NCBI GenBank assembly: GCA_964199315.1
Contig: OZ116709.1
Span: 2,480,001 to 2,544,000 of the forward strand
Origin: Orbicella franksi
Lineage: Eukaryota
Direction of reading: 5' to 3'
Length of the DNA stretch: 64,000 nucleotides
Below, piece after piece: positions 62,901-64,000 of this stretch (positions are counted from its first letter, which is position 1; the number at the start of each line of letters is the position of its first letter). The notes under the pieces are model-generated. The model did no database searches and was not told where the DNA came from. It worked only from the letters and a program-made list of their open reading frames with translations. The position numbers and the translations under genes are program-made.

Positions 62901-64000
62901 CAGCCCCACCCAAAAGAGTCCCTGAACCCAAGAAGGTCAAAAGGAGTAATAGTGATGTAGCGCTCAGAAAAAGATCCAATCCAAGGCGGAAGTCAGGAGA
63001 TTTTAGCCAAGTGAGGAAACGCAGTGAAAGTGAGAGTGAAAATCATTTGAACGGCGTAACTTGTAACGGAAAAACTGTTTCCACTTCGATACTGTGTTCT
63101 GGATCAAAAGGGAGTGATTGCGCCGACACAGTCGCCGATAGCGTCTGTTCATTACCCGAACAGTCGCAAGATCCAAACGATTTCTCCAACAGGTATCCGC
63201 TGTTTATTCAAGTCAATAACGGTTCGCAAACCGCAAGTAAAGCGCGCATTGTAAAACCCGTTGGCAGGGCATCAAATCAAGGTTCTTACAAACAAGACGC
63301 TGCTCAAGACAAGCAGTCAGTCCGGCCTAGAAGAAGCGCCAGTTTTTCAGCGCCTAAAAAAACAGCTACTCCATCCAGACCCTCTCAATCAAGCCAGCCG
63401 GCCCAGGATACGTTGAAAAACGGAAACCTGCGCCGTGAGAAGAGTGATATCGTCAGACCTCGCCGTACGCGATCGCCATCTAATAGAACTGCTATCCCGA
63501 GTCCCGCTCGGTCAGTCTCTTCTTCTAGTCTTAAGCAGGACAATAGTTTAGTAAGCCCACGCTCTCAATCGCCAGCTGGTCTTCGGCGTGAACACAGTGA
63601 CGTCACCAAACGTCGCGCACCGCCAAGTGTAAGACGGGAAAAAAGTGACATTGTTCGACCAAGAGGCCAACTAAGAACTAACTCACCTACTGTGAGTAAT
63701 GAAAATTTAGAAGGCGACATAAGTAGGTCGTCAAGTAACAGAAGTTTAACTTCAAGTCCGTTGAGTAAATCACCGTCAAAGAGTTCAATTGAAGGCAGTC
63801 GATCTCGTTCAGGGAGTAGCAGCGAGATGTCGAAGATTCCGTCTCTTGTTCGATCGCCAGCAAGTGCTGGAAAAACAGACTCGCACGTTTCTCGTATTCC
63901 TTCTCTCACGAAGAGAAACAACAGCGAAGAACGTACTCCTCCCAAGAGTAGGATTCCATCTTCAACTAAAGGCGACAAGGCTCAAGAAGTCGCCCAGAAG
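50908..64000 (+). CDS. Large Ser/Arg/Pro-rich protein with multiple SxIP motifs (putative microtubule plus-end tracker), 5' part only
   Basis: Exon from 62800 (TTCTTGTTTTTACTCCTAG acceptor) is open for 400 codons to the window end (LPDPSRQGRNASAIFG...). Phase-2-compatible upstream exons: 50908-50939 (MESLRLRERK), 51057-51104 (RILDLPRDPTDHRDPS), and alternative first exon 60057-60088 (MSSFWEKLAQP). The long exon is well supported; the upstream joins are inferred. Confidence 0.75.

Noticed and set aside
63565-63978. 137-aa Leu-rich minus-strand ORF; likewise 27853-28440 and 15865-16726 plus-strand ORFs
   Set aside because: Antisense shadows of the real coding frames.

Overview
AT-rich, intron-rich animal genomic DNA, most likely a marine invertebrate; repeat style and protein sequences suggest a stony coral or other cnidarian (inference). 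Genes reconstructed by hand from splice sites: TTC28-like TPR gene (-, 5' end only; a >9.6 kb intron runs off the window start); a candidate small spliced gene of unknown function (+, ~11.1-15.5 kb); an orphan intronless ~330-aa ORF (-); GDPD1-like lysophospholipase D (+, 11 exons, first intron GC-AG); an intronless lambda-exonuclease/YqaJ-like PD-(D/E)xK nuclease (-, 361 aa); a KCTD BTB protein (-); PPIL2 (-, 25 exons, 518 aa) head-to-head with BOLA2 (+); and the 5' part of a large Ser/Arg/Pro-rich protein with SxIP motifs and candidate alternative first exons (+, runs off the window end). Introns hold MITEs, SINEs, LINE 3' remnants and microsatellites. The most striking item is the viral-type YqaJ-like nuclease. 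It sits alone among ordinary host genes, keeps its apparent catalytic motifs, and has ETS and E2F-like sites upstream, which suggests a domesticated nuclease. No database searches could be run, so all family assignments come from remembered motifs.
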